Positions 32,750 through 42,682 of a stretch of DNA of 64,000 nt are shown piece by piece. Under the pieces are notes generated by a model. That model searched no databases, was not told where the DNA came from, and saw only the letters and a program-made list of their open reading frames with translations. The stretch is from Methanomethylovorans hollandica DSM 15978. Its GTDB lineage: Archaea > Halobacteriota > Methanosarcinia > Methanosarcinales > Methanosarcinaceae. The position numbers were made by a program, and so were the translations under genes. Location: NCBI RefSeq assembly GCF_000328665.1, contig NC_019977.1, positions 1,116,001-1,180,000 of the forward strand. The letters run 5' to 3'. Within the stretch, counting starts at the first letter, position 1, and the number at the start of each line of letters is the position of its first letter.

Positions 32750-32851
32750 TTATATTTATAAGCACCTTGATAAATTAGTAGCAAGAATTCCAGTGCTGGA
32801 AAAGAAGGATTCCTAATCTTTCTTTAGTCCATCATAGGAAAAAATTGCCCT
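32750..32851 (+). promoter_or_regulatory. Leader of array 2
   Basis: TTTATAAG box starts 97 bp before repeat 1; leader ends GGAAAAAATTGCCCT. Confidence 0.8.
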
Positions 32852-33833
32852 ATTCGAGAGCAAGATCCACTATAACAAGGATTGAAACTTTGAGCTCCTT
32901 TGCTATCCTGCTGTACGTTTCATCATTCGAGAGCAAGATCCACTATAACAAGGATTGAAACAGAAAAAAATTTTCCTGCCCCATAATATGTATCCCTATT
33001 CTCAAACTCAAGGATAGCAAATCCTTGGGAATGAAAAAATTCTCTATTTCCCATAATAGTGCTCTGGTCAAAACTACTGTCCCGACCAGAACTCCAAGTA
33101 GGCATGTCATTAATTGCAACAGGGACACTTCCACTCATCCATATTTTTCCATACGGATGAATGACTTCAGAGAGACTCATCTCTCTAACGGCCGTTTCCC
33201 AAGAAACGGTCGCTCCCCCTTTAATACGAAGAAGGGAAAACTCTGTCTTACTCCCATAATCGTTTCTATAGATTCGAGAGCAAGATCCACTATAACAAGG
33301 ATTGAAACATTGTGTCATTTCGACATGTATCATTTCTATGGGTTCTATTCGAGAGCAAGATCCACTATAACAAGGATTGAAACTCATAAAACTCCTGCGG
33401 CGTATCCAAATCCGACCCAAATTCGAGAGCAAGATCCACTATAACAAGGATTGAAACGTGATGCACTGGGGCTTTAAAAAATTCCGTAACCTATTCGAGA
33501 GCAAGATCCACTATAACAAGGATTGAAACGGTTCTTCTTGTAGCGCTATAATAAAATCTGTGAACATTCGAGAGCAAGATCCACTATAACAAGGATTGAA
33601 ACCATCAAACTCCTGGGAATTAATAACAACATTTTCATTCGAGAGCAAGATCCACTATAACAAGGATTGAAACAATTTCCAAGATGCATGGAAATTAAAT
33701 CATCTATTACACATTCGAGAGCAAGATCCACTATAACAAGGATTGAAACATCCTAAACCAGGAATAAAAAGTTCTTCAAGCGAATTACCTTCCAACTTTG
33801 TATTCGAGAGCAAGATCCACTATAACAAGGATT
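32852..33833 (+). CRISPR. CRISPR array 2: 9 perfect 37-bp repeats plus a 3'-truncated terminal repeat; 9 spacers (36, 310, 38, 37, 35, 36, 34, 39, 52 bp)
   Basis: Repeat ATTCGAGAGCAAGATCCACTATAACAAGGATTGAAAC at 32852, 32925, 33272, 33347, 33421, 33493, 33566, 33637, 33713; first 32 nt only at 33802. Confidence 0.98.
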
Positions 33834-33855
33834 TATCTATTTAATCCCGATACTT

Positions 33856-35103
33856 TTGACGGAAGTATCATTAGCTGATCGATTTGAATCAGAATTGGGG
33901 GTTAGGCAAGTTATGGATAAGGTTGCACAGATACAGCTAGAGCTTTACCAAAAGGCGTTCAATGATCGCACAAAGCGGTTCAGGAAACTCAAAAAGTATC
34001 TTGTTATGGATGAGTTTCTCTATGCAGCATGGGAAAATGTCTGTAAGGGCACCAGATCTGCCGGTGTTGACTCTATTTCAGTGGCAGATATTAAAAAGAC
34101 GGGTGTTGATGAATTCCTGCAATCGTTGAAAGAAGATATAAAGGAAAACAGATACGAGCCAGACAGGATATTAAAACATGAGATATTAAAGCCGAATGGA
34201 AAAGTCAGAAAGTTAGGGATCCTCACTGTAAAGGACAGGGTTGTCCAGTATAACATGAAACTGGTACTGGAACCGATATTTGAAGCGGACTTTGACAGTA
34301 GTTCTTTTGGTTTTAGGGCTAACAGGTCTGCACAGCTTGCCAGCCTAGAGGTCTACAAATGGCTGGAAGCAGGTAATCATTATGTTTTCAAGAGCGACAT
34401 ATCCCAGTGTTTTGATAACATACCGCATGAACTTTTAATGAAACGCATTAAAACGCGTATCAAAGACAGGCAGGTCCGAAGGATCATACGTGCCTGGTTA
34501 AACGTGAATTCTGCATGCCTTCTCAATGAAGAAGCAACGTATGGAAAAGATAAAGGGATCCTACAGGGTGGAATAATTTCACCCCTTCTGCTAAATATAT
34601 ATCTTGACCAGTTCGATGATGAAAGGGAAAACATCGGTCTTAAAAGTATAAGATCCGATGGTCAGGGACATCTTGTGAGGTATGCTGATGATTTTGTAAT
34701 ACTTTCAAAGCAACCCATTGACACTAAACCCGTTGAAGGATCATTAAAAAAGATCGGCCTGGAACTTAACCCGGAAAAGACCTACCAGACCCATATAGAA
34801 GATGGCTTTGAGTTCCTGGGATTCTATTTCAAAGGAGCATTCGTCGAGGACAGATACAAAGGAAAGATAGACATATACCCAACCGAAGGTTCTATAGAAC
34901 GAGTGCTTGACTCAATCAGAACCATGACAGATCCAATGAACGGAAATACAAAACCTCCAGTTGAAACTATCCAGGAGATCAACAAGTCCATAGACAGCTG
35001 GCTCAATTATTACCACCACACAGATTGCAATTCCGGCCTGCAAAGAATGAACGATAGCTATAGTGACTATCTGTACAAATATGTTACTAACTATCAAAAT
35101 TAA
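33856..35103 (+). CDS. Stand-alone group II intron-like reverse transcriptase, CRISPR-associated (alternative ATG start at 33913)
   Basis: RT0 SAGVD, KPNGKVRKLGI.TVKDRVVQ, SFGFR, DISQCFDNIPH, GILQGGIISPLL.NIYL, catalytic YADD, FEFLGF, short thumb/X region; no endonuclease domain. Confidence 0.93.
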   Translation: MTEVSLADRFESELGVRQVMDKVAQIQLELYQKAFNDRTKRFRKLKKYLVMDEFLYAAWENVCKGTRSAGVDSISVADIKKTGVDEFLQSLKEDIKENRYEPDRILKHEILKPNGKVRKLGILTVKDRVVQYNMKLVLEPIFEADFDSSSFGFRANRSAQLASLEVYKWLEAGNHYVFKSDISQCFDNIPHELLMKRIKTRIKDRQVRRIIRAWLNVNSACLLNEEATYGKDKGILQGGIISPLLLNIYLDQFDDERENIGLKSIRSDGQGHLVRYADDFVILSKQPIDTKPVEGSLKKIGLELNPEKTYQTHIEDGFEFLGFYFKGAFVEDRYKGKIDIYPTEGSIERVLDSIRTMTDPMNGNTKPPVETIQEINKSIDSWLNYYHHTDCNSGLQRMNDSYSDYLYKYVTNYQN

Positions 35104-35567
35104 TGCAGTAACTATTTATAGGTTCACATATCATATTTTTATTGTTGGTGGGTTATGGATTTCATTTTAATGAGCATGAATTCATGGATGGTGGATATTT
35201 TTGGAATCTCGAAAGTTAGACTGTGAGATTGACAGGTCCTTATCTTTGGAAGAGATTAAACTCAAAGCAGTTGTTGAAGGCTTGCTTTTTATTATAAGAA
35301 AGGGAAATTACATGGATAAAGAGATTAGATTTTTGAAATACAAATATATTCATTTAGTTTCTGCTTTGCACATATCTCTATTTTCTGGAATGTTATTTAT
35401 GAAAATCCACCAATATGCTGATAATGGTTTTGGAATAGGAACTAGAAAGATGAATGATCAGAGTTGCTTATCTAGGTTAAACTGAAGTCTTTTGGCTTTG
35501 CCTCTATAATTTCAAGAGAATAAATTGAGATTGCATTTACTTAACCGCTGTCTATTGGGAGTATTGG

Positions 35568-36536
35568 ATGACTGCTAATACAAGAACATATCATTTTCAG
35601 GCATTAAATGATATTTGGACGGGGTCCGTTCAACTGGATATGGAAAATAATAAACTGAAGATTGTACCGAATCGTTTTGTACAAACAGGTTTACTGGGTT
35701 CAATTCGTTGGTGGTTTGAGGTGGTAGTTCGTGGACTGGGTGGCGAAGCATGTGATCCCAGTAATAGTGAATGTAAGGACTCAAAACATTGCGTTGTCTG
35801 TGAACTGTTCGGTTGTACCGGTTGGGCGCGAAAGTTCAGGTTTCAGGTTTTCGATGATAATAATAGTGTCAAAGTGTCTCAAATCAAGAAAAACATTAAA
35901 TTCGAACTCCAGTTCACATCCCTTCGACCCATTAGTTATGAAGAATGGGCATTATTAGACTTAACGCTTCATATTGTAGCAGAATTTGGTGCTGTTGGGG
36001 GGAAAACCGCATTTAAACCATCGACTGAAAATGGTCATGAAAATAAGCTCCATCATCGAGATTTTGGTAAGATCAAACTGGAAATAACAGAATCACAAAC
36101 TAAACCTGTAAGTAAAATTGAATTCGAGCACTATGTGCGTGATAGTCGCTGGCTTAAAATTGAAAACAATGACTTTACCTGGGCATCTTTCAATAACTTT
36201 TGGGTGGTAAACAATAGATACCTTGCCCGGCAAAATCAATTCAAAAGTACATTCAACAGTGTAATCGGTCGCCCACCACAAAAGAAAAAAGCATCACAAA
36301 ATGATAGTTTTCTAGCAGGTCGTAGACCAGATAGTTATAGAAAAATTGATGGCGAAAGCAAAAAAGTATTCAGTTTCAAAAACCCTCCCACTACTTTCGG
36401 TTTTATCGATGGGGAGAGCATAACATTTGATAAAATGAAATACTTGCTTAAAACAGCATGGTATGATATGAAAGATGATGAATTTAGAACAGGGGATAAA
36501 ATTTTAGATGACTTTACCAGAGGAGAACAATCATGA
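35568..36536 (+). CDS. cmr1: Type III RAMP Cmr1
   Basis: GLLGSIRWWFE...RGLGG.ACDP, C.VCELFGCTG, GAVGGKT motifs. Confidence 0.9.
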   Translation: MTANTRTYHFQALNDIWTGSVQLDMENNKLKIVPNRFVQTGLLGSIRWWFEVVVRGLGGEACDPSNSECKDSKHCVVCELFGCTGWARKFRFQVFDDNNSVKVSQIKKNIKFELQFTSLRPISYEEWALLDLTLHIVAEFGAVGGKTAFKPSTENGHENKLHHRDFGKIKLEITESQTKPVSKIEFEHYVRDSRWLKIENNDFTWASFNNFWVVNNRYLARQNQFKSTFNSVIGRPPQKKKASQNDSFLAGRRPDSYRKIDGESKKVFSFKNPPTTFGFIDGESITFDKMKYLLKTAWYDMKDDEFRTGDKILDDFTRGEQS

Positions 36537-37417
36537 CATTCGACTACTATGCTTCCCTGGGAAATAGAAAGCAAATTCCAGAAGAAGAAACACTTTCATT
36601 CGAATTGGTTGACATTTGTTCTACACTGTATTTCAAAGGTAATAAGAAAGAAGCTCGTGAGTACTATATTAAACAGACTCTAAAGACAAAATTTAAAGTT
36701 CCAAAAGAATTGGATTTCTCCCCAATTTTATCCATCATGCCGGATTCAGCTTGGATTGGTTTTGAGGTGGAGTTTATCCTAAAAACTCCTTGGTACTCAA
36801 AAGACGATCGAAGTTTTCATGTTTTGGAGAACTCTCTTCGTAAGGACCATGTGTTCGGAATCCCATTCCATCCAGCATCTTCATGGAAAGGATTATTACG
36901 TTGGGCTTGCAGAATGGAATCTGGACTATTTGAGCATCTGGAAAAAAATGGAATGAAATTTGAAGGCTGGAAAGACGACAAGTGGATATTATATTTATTT
37001 GGGAATGAAAAAAATAACACTGATGAATTATATCAAGGTGTGATTAACTTTTATCCAACATTTTTTGATAGAATCAAATTTGAGGTCATAAATCCACACA
37101 GTCGCAAAACGCGTGCTGGTACTCAGCCGATTTATTATGAAGTTGTTCCCCCTAAAACAAAAGCAAAATTGCAACTGGTTTACGTGCCACATGCTGGATG
37201 TGAAATGCACACAGAGACGAACTGTTTAGAGACGATAAATAAATTACTGACCGCTACAGAGAAATTGCTAACCATATACGGTTTTTCTGCTAAACGCACA
37301 GCAGGGTGGGGAACTGCAGAGATTAGCAAGTGGAGAGCATTTAAGGCTGGTATGACTGTAGAGGAGGCTTCACTTGAAAAGTTCAAGGAAGCACTAAAAA
37401 TCCAACTCAAACTATAG
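36533..37417 (+). CDS. cmr6: Type III RAMP Cmr6
   Basis: SSWKG.LR, EVINPH.RKT.AGT.PI..EVVP, YGFSAK..AGWG motifs. Confidence 0.88.
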   Translation: MTFDYYASLGNRKQIPEEETLSFELVDICSTLYFKGNKKEAREYYIKQTLKTKFKVPKELDFSPILSIMPDSAWIGFEVEFILKTPWYSKDDRSFHVLENSLRKDHVFGIPFHPASSWKGLLRWACRMESGLFEHLEKNGMKFEGWKDDKWILYLFGNEKNNTDELYQGVINFYPTFFDRIKFEVINPHSRKTRAGTQPIYYEVVPPKTKAKLQLVYVPHAGCEMHTETNCLETINKLLTATEKLLTIYGFSAKRTAGWGTAEISKWRAFKAGMTVEEASLEKFKEALKIQLKL

Positions 37418-37427
37418 AGGTACTTAT

Positions 37428-40391
37428 ATGGGCAATAAATCTTTCGAAAAAGTGCTTGACATTCATCGTTCTCTTTTACTATCAATGGAAGCTATAGGCT
37501 GGCTTCACATGGCTGGAAAGGCTCATCCTGACTTTCTTCGATGTCAGGCAGGAGTTGAAAACGGCTATAAATACAAACAATGGTATAAGCAGGCGAATTT
37601 AGAATGGAATGAGTTTTTTCAGTCGATTAAAACCTCATATGAGTCTGAAATACTTTTTCCAGAATCAATGGATAAGTTCATTACATCTCACACAAACAAG
37701 GGTCCTGGAATCCTTGGATTGCTTCAGGCAGCCCATGGTTTGGTTTCAGGTGTTGAGAAAAATCTCTACAAAAACACATCAGAATATCTAAAACAGTCGG
37801 AATCCCACATGTGGTTCTCCACTTCTTTTGGCTACCCTGTACGAAATCTCTTGAGTGATCCTCCAAGTGTATTAAAAGAAGAAGGATGGCCAAAGTTAAT
37901 CAAATCAGTAGATGAATGTTTATCTGAACTGAAAACTCTAAATGAACCATGTACAGAGGTAAAGAAATGGTGGGATTGGCGTGAAAAAGCCATTGGATAT
38001 GATGGATTTCTTCGCAAAGCCTTTACAGAAACCCTTGCTGAGACTCGTCTGCCTAATAATGATGTAACTCTCTGGGACCAGTCATACGTAACTGCTGCTT
38101 TGTTCAAAAGTGCACTTGCAGGTGCTTTATTGCAGAGGGAATTTCCTTGGAAAGATGACAGATTAAACGATAAAACCCACTGGAGTCTCCTTTCAGTGGG
38201 AATTGGTGCTGACAATTATGAGATGAGATCGGTTCGTATTGGTGATTCAATAGGGTCTAAGCATGAGATTAATACCTTTTTTGAAAAAGTACGCGAGTTC
38301 ATTGAAGTTAATCTCGCTGTAGGAGCAATGCTTTACAAAGATGATTCTGTAATAGTCTTTTCATTTCCTGAATTGAATGCTAATGTTTCTCATGATTTTA
38401 AGGATTCACAGAACTTTTATGCGTATATCAAAAAAACTATTGATGCTTATGCCCAGGAATCAAATTTCGAAACTCCACCCCACTGTATTATATCTCCTTC
38501 TTCGCGCTCGTTGCTGAATTTATCCCAGCAATTGAAAGATATTCGTAAAAAATTGGCAATTCCTGTTCATCGGAACTGGGAGATTGCTGATAATAATGTT
38601 TCAAAAGGCCACATCTGTCCGGTATGTCAGGTTCGTTTTAATGAAAATCCAAATGATAAACAAAAGCCCTGTACTGTCTGTAGTAAACGCCGTATCGGTA
38701 GGCTTGAAGCATGGCAAAGCGGTAAATTGGGATCAGATACTATCTGGTTGAGTGAAGTAGCTGATGAAAACGATCGGCTGGCAATTATCACAATGAGTTT
38801 TGATTTGGACAGTTGGCTGGATGGAAGTCATTTTGACTCACTTCGCAGTCAATCTGCTTTTGAATGGGTGTCAAAAAGTCAAAAGAAAGCAATTACAAAG
38901 GATATAAAGAGAGATAAGCCCTTACTGGATCTTCAAACATATATTAAAAAAGAACTGGAAAAAGCAGAAAAACAGAATTTTTGCATCAATGAAAACGACA
39001 CTATAATGAACACTCTAAATGGTGGTTTTAAATATAGTAAAGACTGGAAAACCTTTTTTGAAAAAATGGTAGAGGATAGAGCTAGTTCTCCAAAATGGGA
39101 AAAGCTAACCAATGAGGGACGAGCAAAGTGGTTAACTCATCAGCTTCTAAGAAAAAATGCTTCCCCGGGACGCATGTATCGTGTACAGCGCCAGACTGAA
39201 GAGTTCTTCAAAATTCTATTAGAAAAATTAAGGCAGGTTGTGGATTCCAATTCCAATCAATGGTGTACAAAAAGGCTGATTTTAAAAGTAAAGGACGGTC
39301 AGTGGGAAGATAAGCAGACCTATAGTGGTCACTATAACGATGCCCCCGTTAGTTTATTGTATCGGAAGCAATCCAATGATTTTATAACTATCTGCAACAT
39401 GGGCAGACTGCTTGAGAATGTGCACCCGAAAGAGATCCTAATAAACAAAAGGATCGAATTAAAAAATGACGATTCCAAGGAAATTATTTCAATTGAAATT
39501 AAATCTGTTAAGGATAAAGCAGAAAAATATCGTCCCATAGTACCACTTGAGATTGATCCCAGACGATTCCGGGTCGTTGTTCCTCTGAACAAAGCTAATG
39601 AATGTATAAAAGTCGCTATTGAAATGTGGAAGGAACAGTATTCCAGAGTATGGGACCGCATGCCCCTGAGAATTGGAACAGTTGCTTTCTCTCGAATGAT
39701 GCCATATCAAGCGGTAATAGAAACTATCAGAAATCTTGAAAACGAATTGGAAAAGAGAAAACAAGAGGCATGGTATGTCATGAATAAGGATCTTTGCCAA
39801 GGAGTTCTTTGTCTCTCCATAAAGTCTCCTGAAGGAGAAGAGTCCTTACGAACCACTCCAGTAAAATTGCCTGATGGCCAATTAGATGTTTTCTACACAT
39901 ATTGTGAAGTTGAAGAAACGAAAGTAAGATATCCCCGGGACTTCCAAGGTCCTGACAGAAAGATATATCGTCATATCTGCGATTTACGCATCGGAGATGG
40001 AATTTATATTAAACCTGCTGTCATTGGCACTGTTTTTATGGAAAGCACTGCCAGTCGCTTTGAGAATATTTTTGTTTACAATTTAGATGAATGGCAGAGA
40101 ATGACTGACCTTTGGCATATACTTGAGAGGCTAGCTCCAAGTCAGACTGCACTCCGTGGTGTATGGGATATTATCTGCGAACACAAGGAACGTTGGCAAG
40201 GGCAAAATCATGATTGGAAAGATGGTGAAGAGGAAACATGGTTGGCATTTGTTCGATCTATAATATATGATCGCTTTGATGCTAACTCGGCATCTTTGGA
40301 ATATTTGGTTGATACAGTAAATTTGGGACTTTTTGATAGATGTATGGATTGGCATATTCGTGTACTTAAAAAGAAGATAACCGAGGAATAA
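37428..40391 (+). CDS. cas10: Cas10, type III-C (Cmr2/Csx11-like) large subunit
   Basis: ETRLPNNDVTLWDQS, Zn finger CPVC...CTVC, IWLSEVADEN.R and SPGR..RV motifs; position in the operon; no GGDD. Confidence 0.9.
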   Translation: MGNKSFEKVLDIHRSLLLSMEAIGWLHMAGKAHPDFLRCQAGVENGYKYKQWYKQANLEWNEFFQSIKTSYESEILFPESMDKFITSHTNKGPGILGLLQAAHGLVSGVEKNLYKNTSEYLKQSESHMWFSTSFGYPVRNLLSDPPSVLKEEGWPKLIKSVDECLSELKTLNEPCTEVKKWWDWREKAIGYDGFLRKAFTETLAETRLPNNDVTLWDQSYVTAALFKSALAGALLQREFPWKDDRLNDKTHWSLLSVGIGADNYEMRSVRIGDSIGSKHEINTFFEKVREFIEVNLAVGAMLYKDDSVIVFSFPELNANVSHDFKDSQNFYAYIKKTIDAYAQESNFETPPHCIISPSSRSLLNLSQQLKDIRKKLAIPVHRNWEIADNNVSKGHICPVCQVRFNENPNDKQKPCTVCSKRRIGRLEAWQSGKLGSDTIWLSEVADENDRLAIITMSFDLDSWLDGSHFDSLRSQSAFEWVSKSQKKAITKDIKRDKPLLDLQTYIKKELEKAEKQNFCINENDTIMNTLNGGFKYSKDWKTFFEKMVEDRASSPKWEKLTNEGRAKWLTHQLLRKNASPGRMYRVQRQTEEFFKILLEKLRQVVDSNSNQWCTKRLILKVKDGQWEDKQTYSGHYNDAPVSLLYRKQSNDFITICNMGRLLENVHPKEILINKRIELKNDDSKEIISIEIKSVKDKAEKYRPIVPLEIDPRRFRVVVPLNKANECIKVAIEMWKEQYSRVWDRMPLRIGTVAFSRMMPYQAVIETIRNLENELEKRKQEAWYVMNKDLCQGVLCLSIKSPEGEESLRTTPVKLPDGQLDVFYTYCEVEETKVRYPRDFQGPDRKIYRHICDLRIGDGIYIKPAVIGTVFMESTASRFENIFVYNLDEWQRMTDLWHILERLAPSQTALRGVWDIICEHKERWQGQNHDWKDGEEETWLAFVRSIIYDRFDANSASLEYLVDTVNLGLFDRCMDWHIRVLKKKITEE

Positions 40392-40393
40392 TT

Positions 40394-41389
40394 ATGACTG
40401 AATCTCAAATGAGTTATCAAGCTTACGAACACATCGGTTTGGCATTAGACCCTATCCATGTAGGAACCGGTGGAAATCGATTGGGACGTGTAGATAATAC
40501 GATTATTCGCGACCCAGTTACAAAAATACCTAAGATTCCGGGGTCAAGTTTAGCCGGAGTTCTGAGGACATATGTAGCTATGTCTGAAAATAAATATCCA
40601 GATTGCGCAGGACAGGGACAGCCTCGTAAAGATGGCACTGGAGGACATTGTGGTCAGAATAATTGTCCTGTATGCACAACATTTGGATTTGCAAAGGGCA
40701 ATAATGGTGGCTTTGCAGGTTTGGCAAGTTTTAACGATATGCATGTCCTTCTTTTCCCAGTAGCAACTTGTGAAGGTCCATTCTGGGTCACTGCGCCTAT
40801 AGCATTAAGGCAAATAGAAGAATTAAAAAATATCAGCGATCTCCCTGATAGCAATTCGGTATATTGCATTGACAGTGAAAATAATAAAAATTCAATAAAC
40901 TTTGGATGGCTGTTGCTGCCGAAAAAATCAGGCTGGAATAGCATGGATTGTGTAAAAAACAATTTTAAAAAAATACTACCTGAAAATATGATATTAGGCA
41001 ATATTGCGGTTGTGTCAGACAAGCTTTTTTCTCATATCGTTAATAGTAATCTGGAAGTTAGAACTTCCGTGTCAATTAATCCTGCCACAGGAGCTGCAGA
41101 AGATGGGGCACTTTTTACTTATGAAGCATTACCTAGGGGTACAATCCTCCACTGGATTGTAATCTGTAGGAATCCAAACCACTTCAAAATTGATAACCAC
41201 ATCATCGCAAGTGCCCAAGAACCAAGAGGTGTGCACGAATATCTTAAGAAAACTTATCCTTATCTGGAATACCTTGGTATTGGAGGTATGACAAATCGAG
41301 GTATGGGAAGACTTCGTGTTTTAAATGACAACATCTCAGGAAATATAGGAACAAAAGTTGAAAATGATAACTCCCAAATGGAGAGATGA
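40394..41389 (+). CDS. cmr4: Type III backbone RNase Cmr4
   Basis: DPIHVGTGG...VDNTIIRDP..IPGSSLAG, GALFTYEALP, GIGGM..RGMG motifs. Confidence 0.93.
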   Translation: MTESQMSYQAYEHIGLALDPIHVGTGGNRLGRVDNTIIRDPVTKIPKIPGSSLAGVLRTYVAMSENKYPDCAGQGQPRKDGTGGHCGQNNCPVCTTFGFAKGNNGGFAGLASFNDMHVLLFPVATCEGPFWVTAPIALRQIEELKNISDLPDSNSVYCIDSENNKNSINFGWLLLPKKSGWNSMDCVKNNFKKILPENMILGNIAVVSDKLFSHIVNSNLEVRTSVSINPATGAAEDGALFTYEALPRGTILHWIVICRNPNHFKIDNHIIASAQEPRGVHEYLKKTYPYLEYLGIGGMTNRGMGRLRVLNDNISGNIGTKVENDNSQMER

Positions 41390-41760
41390 TCATGGAAAAC
41401 CTAGATATGAAGTGTGCCCAGCTGGGTGCAAGAATTGGAAGCAAAGTTGAAGAGAAGATCCTTACAGATGCTTTGGGTGTATTGCAAGAACAGGGAGTTT
41501 ACGCATTTTTTCTTTATCTTGAAGCAAACAAAAAACATGATGGGAAATTTATCAGCAACCAGTGTTTAAAATTCATGGGGAGTACACCAGAACATAATTC
41601 ATTGATTACAAGTAACGATGAAGAGAATAAGCCATTTCCACGTATTTTAGCACTCTCTGAAGATTTGGACAACTTGCTTTTTGCTCGTGATCTTCTGCTT
41701 CAGGCACTTGTATACGGCCGTTATCATGCGAAAATAAATTCTAAGAAGGAACCACAATGA
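41386..41760 (+). CDS. cmr5: Type III small subunit Cmr5 (Cas11)
   Basis: 124 aa helical protein, ALGVLQEQGVYAFFLYL and Y.RYHAK motifs; lies between cmr4 and cmr3. Confidence 0.82.
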   Translation: MIMENLDMKCAQLGARIGSKVEEKILTDALGVLQEQGVYAFFLYLEANKKHDGKFISNQCLKFMGSTPEHNSLITSNDEENKPFPRILALSEDLDNLLFARDLLLQALVYGRYHAKINSKKEPQ

Positions 41761-42647
41761 ACTGGGAACTTTATCGCTGGGTGTGGGTTCTTCAATCTCC
41801 GCTTTCAGTTGGTACACTACCATCTGGTTCATTGAACCGATGCCATCTTTATATCCCCGCAAGAGCAATATGGGGAGCAATTACAGCTGAGGTCGCGAGA
41901 CGTTCAGATGGTCATTTTCCTGACTATGCTGTGATTGGAAATGGAATTCAGGAAGAAATCCGCTTTACATATCTATTTCCTGCAGTCAAGATAAATCAAG
42001 AGTGGAAAGCTTGGTTGCCGTGTTATATGGAAGACAAAGGACTGTGTTGGCAGTTAGAAGATGCTAATGATGATTTTAATAATGTCATTTCAAACCAGAT
42101 TTTTCGGTCAAGATTACTTTATACACGCCCAGGAACATCTATTAATCCCGAAAGCGATTCCGCAGAAGAAGGATCTCTTCATGAAACCGAATGTATCCAG
42201 ATATATTGGAGTCCCAGTGAGGAAAAAAATAATAAACAATATCAGCAAATCGGAATGATTGGATATGTTCTTGTTAAATCGAATTCATTATATATCGACT
42301 CCATAAAAGAAATTGAGACGCTACTCATAGGCGGAGATACAAGATATGGATTCGGTAAGTTGAGACAAGTAGATTTTTCAAACCAATCATACTTATTTAA
42401 TAATACTGTCAACCTTTCAAACAGTGAACCAATAATCACTGGCCGTAGTGTATTAGGACACACCGCCACAGTAAAAAACATGAGCGGTGACATAGAAGCC
42501 CTTGCAGGTTGGGATTATTTATCAAACGGTAGGTTGAAAGGATTTGAAAAAACCTACTGGACTCCAGGATCTTTTAGTCCTGATGGTCAAAGCGACTGGA
42601 AAATAGGTAGACATGGGCATTGGGAAAATGTTAACAAAAACTCATAA
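41757..42647 (+). CDS. cmr3: Type III Cas5-group RAMP Cmr3
   Basis: L.SPL.VG, YIPARAIWGA, G-loop IGGDTRYGFG; last gene of the operon. Confidence 0.82.
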   Translation: MNWELYRWVWVLQSPLSVGTLPSGSLNRCHLYIPARAIWGAITAEVARRSDGHFPDYAVIGNGIQEEIRFTYLFPAVKINQEWKAWLPCYMEDKGLCWQLEDANDDFNNVISNQIFRSRLLYTRPGTSINPESDSAEEGSLHETECIQIYWSPSEEKNNKQYQQIGMIGYVLVKSNSLYIDSIKEIETLLIGGDTRYGFGKLRQVDFSNQSYLFNNTVNLSNSEPIITGRSVLGHTATVKNMSGDIEALAGWDYLSNGRLKGFEKTYWTPGSFSPDGQSDWKIGRHGHWENVNKNS

Positions 42648-42682
42648 ATCCTTTATTTATGCTTTTTTTGAAGCACATGTTG

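Noticed and set aside
32994..33022. Degenerate repeat inside the 310-bp spacer (ATTC 36 nt in, then CAAGGAT)
   Set aside because: The similarity is short and gapped, and the uninterrupted antisense frame favours one fragment. It cannot be fully excluded without a protospacer match.
35201..35485. 94-aa ORF between the RT and cmr1
   Set aside because: TTG start, no recognisable motif and AT-rich context; it cannot be supported as a gene.
33834..35560. Complete mobile group II intron around the RT
   Set aside because: There is no room for domains I-III upstream (the array ends 22 bp before the ORF), no recognisable domain V/VI downstream, and no endonuclease domain.
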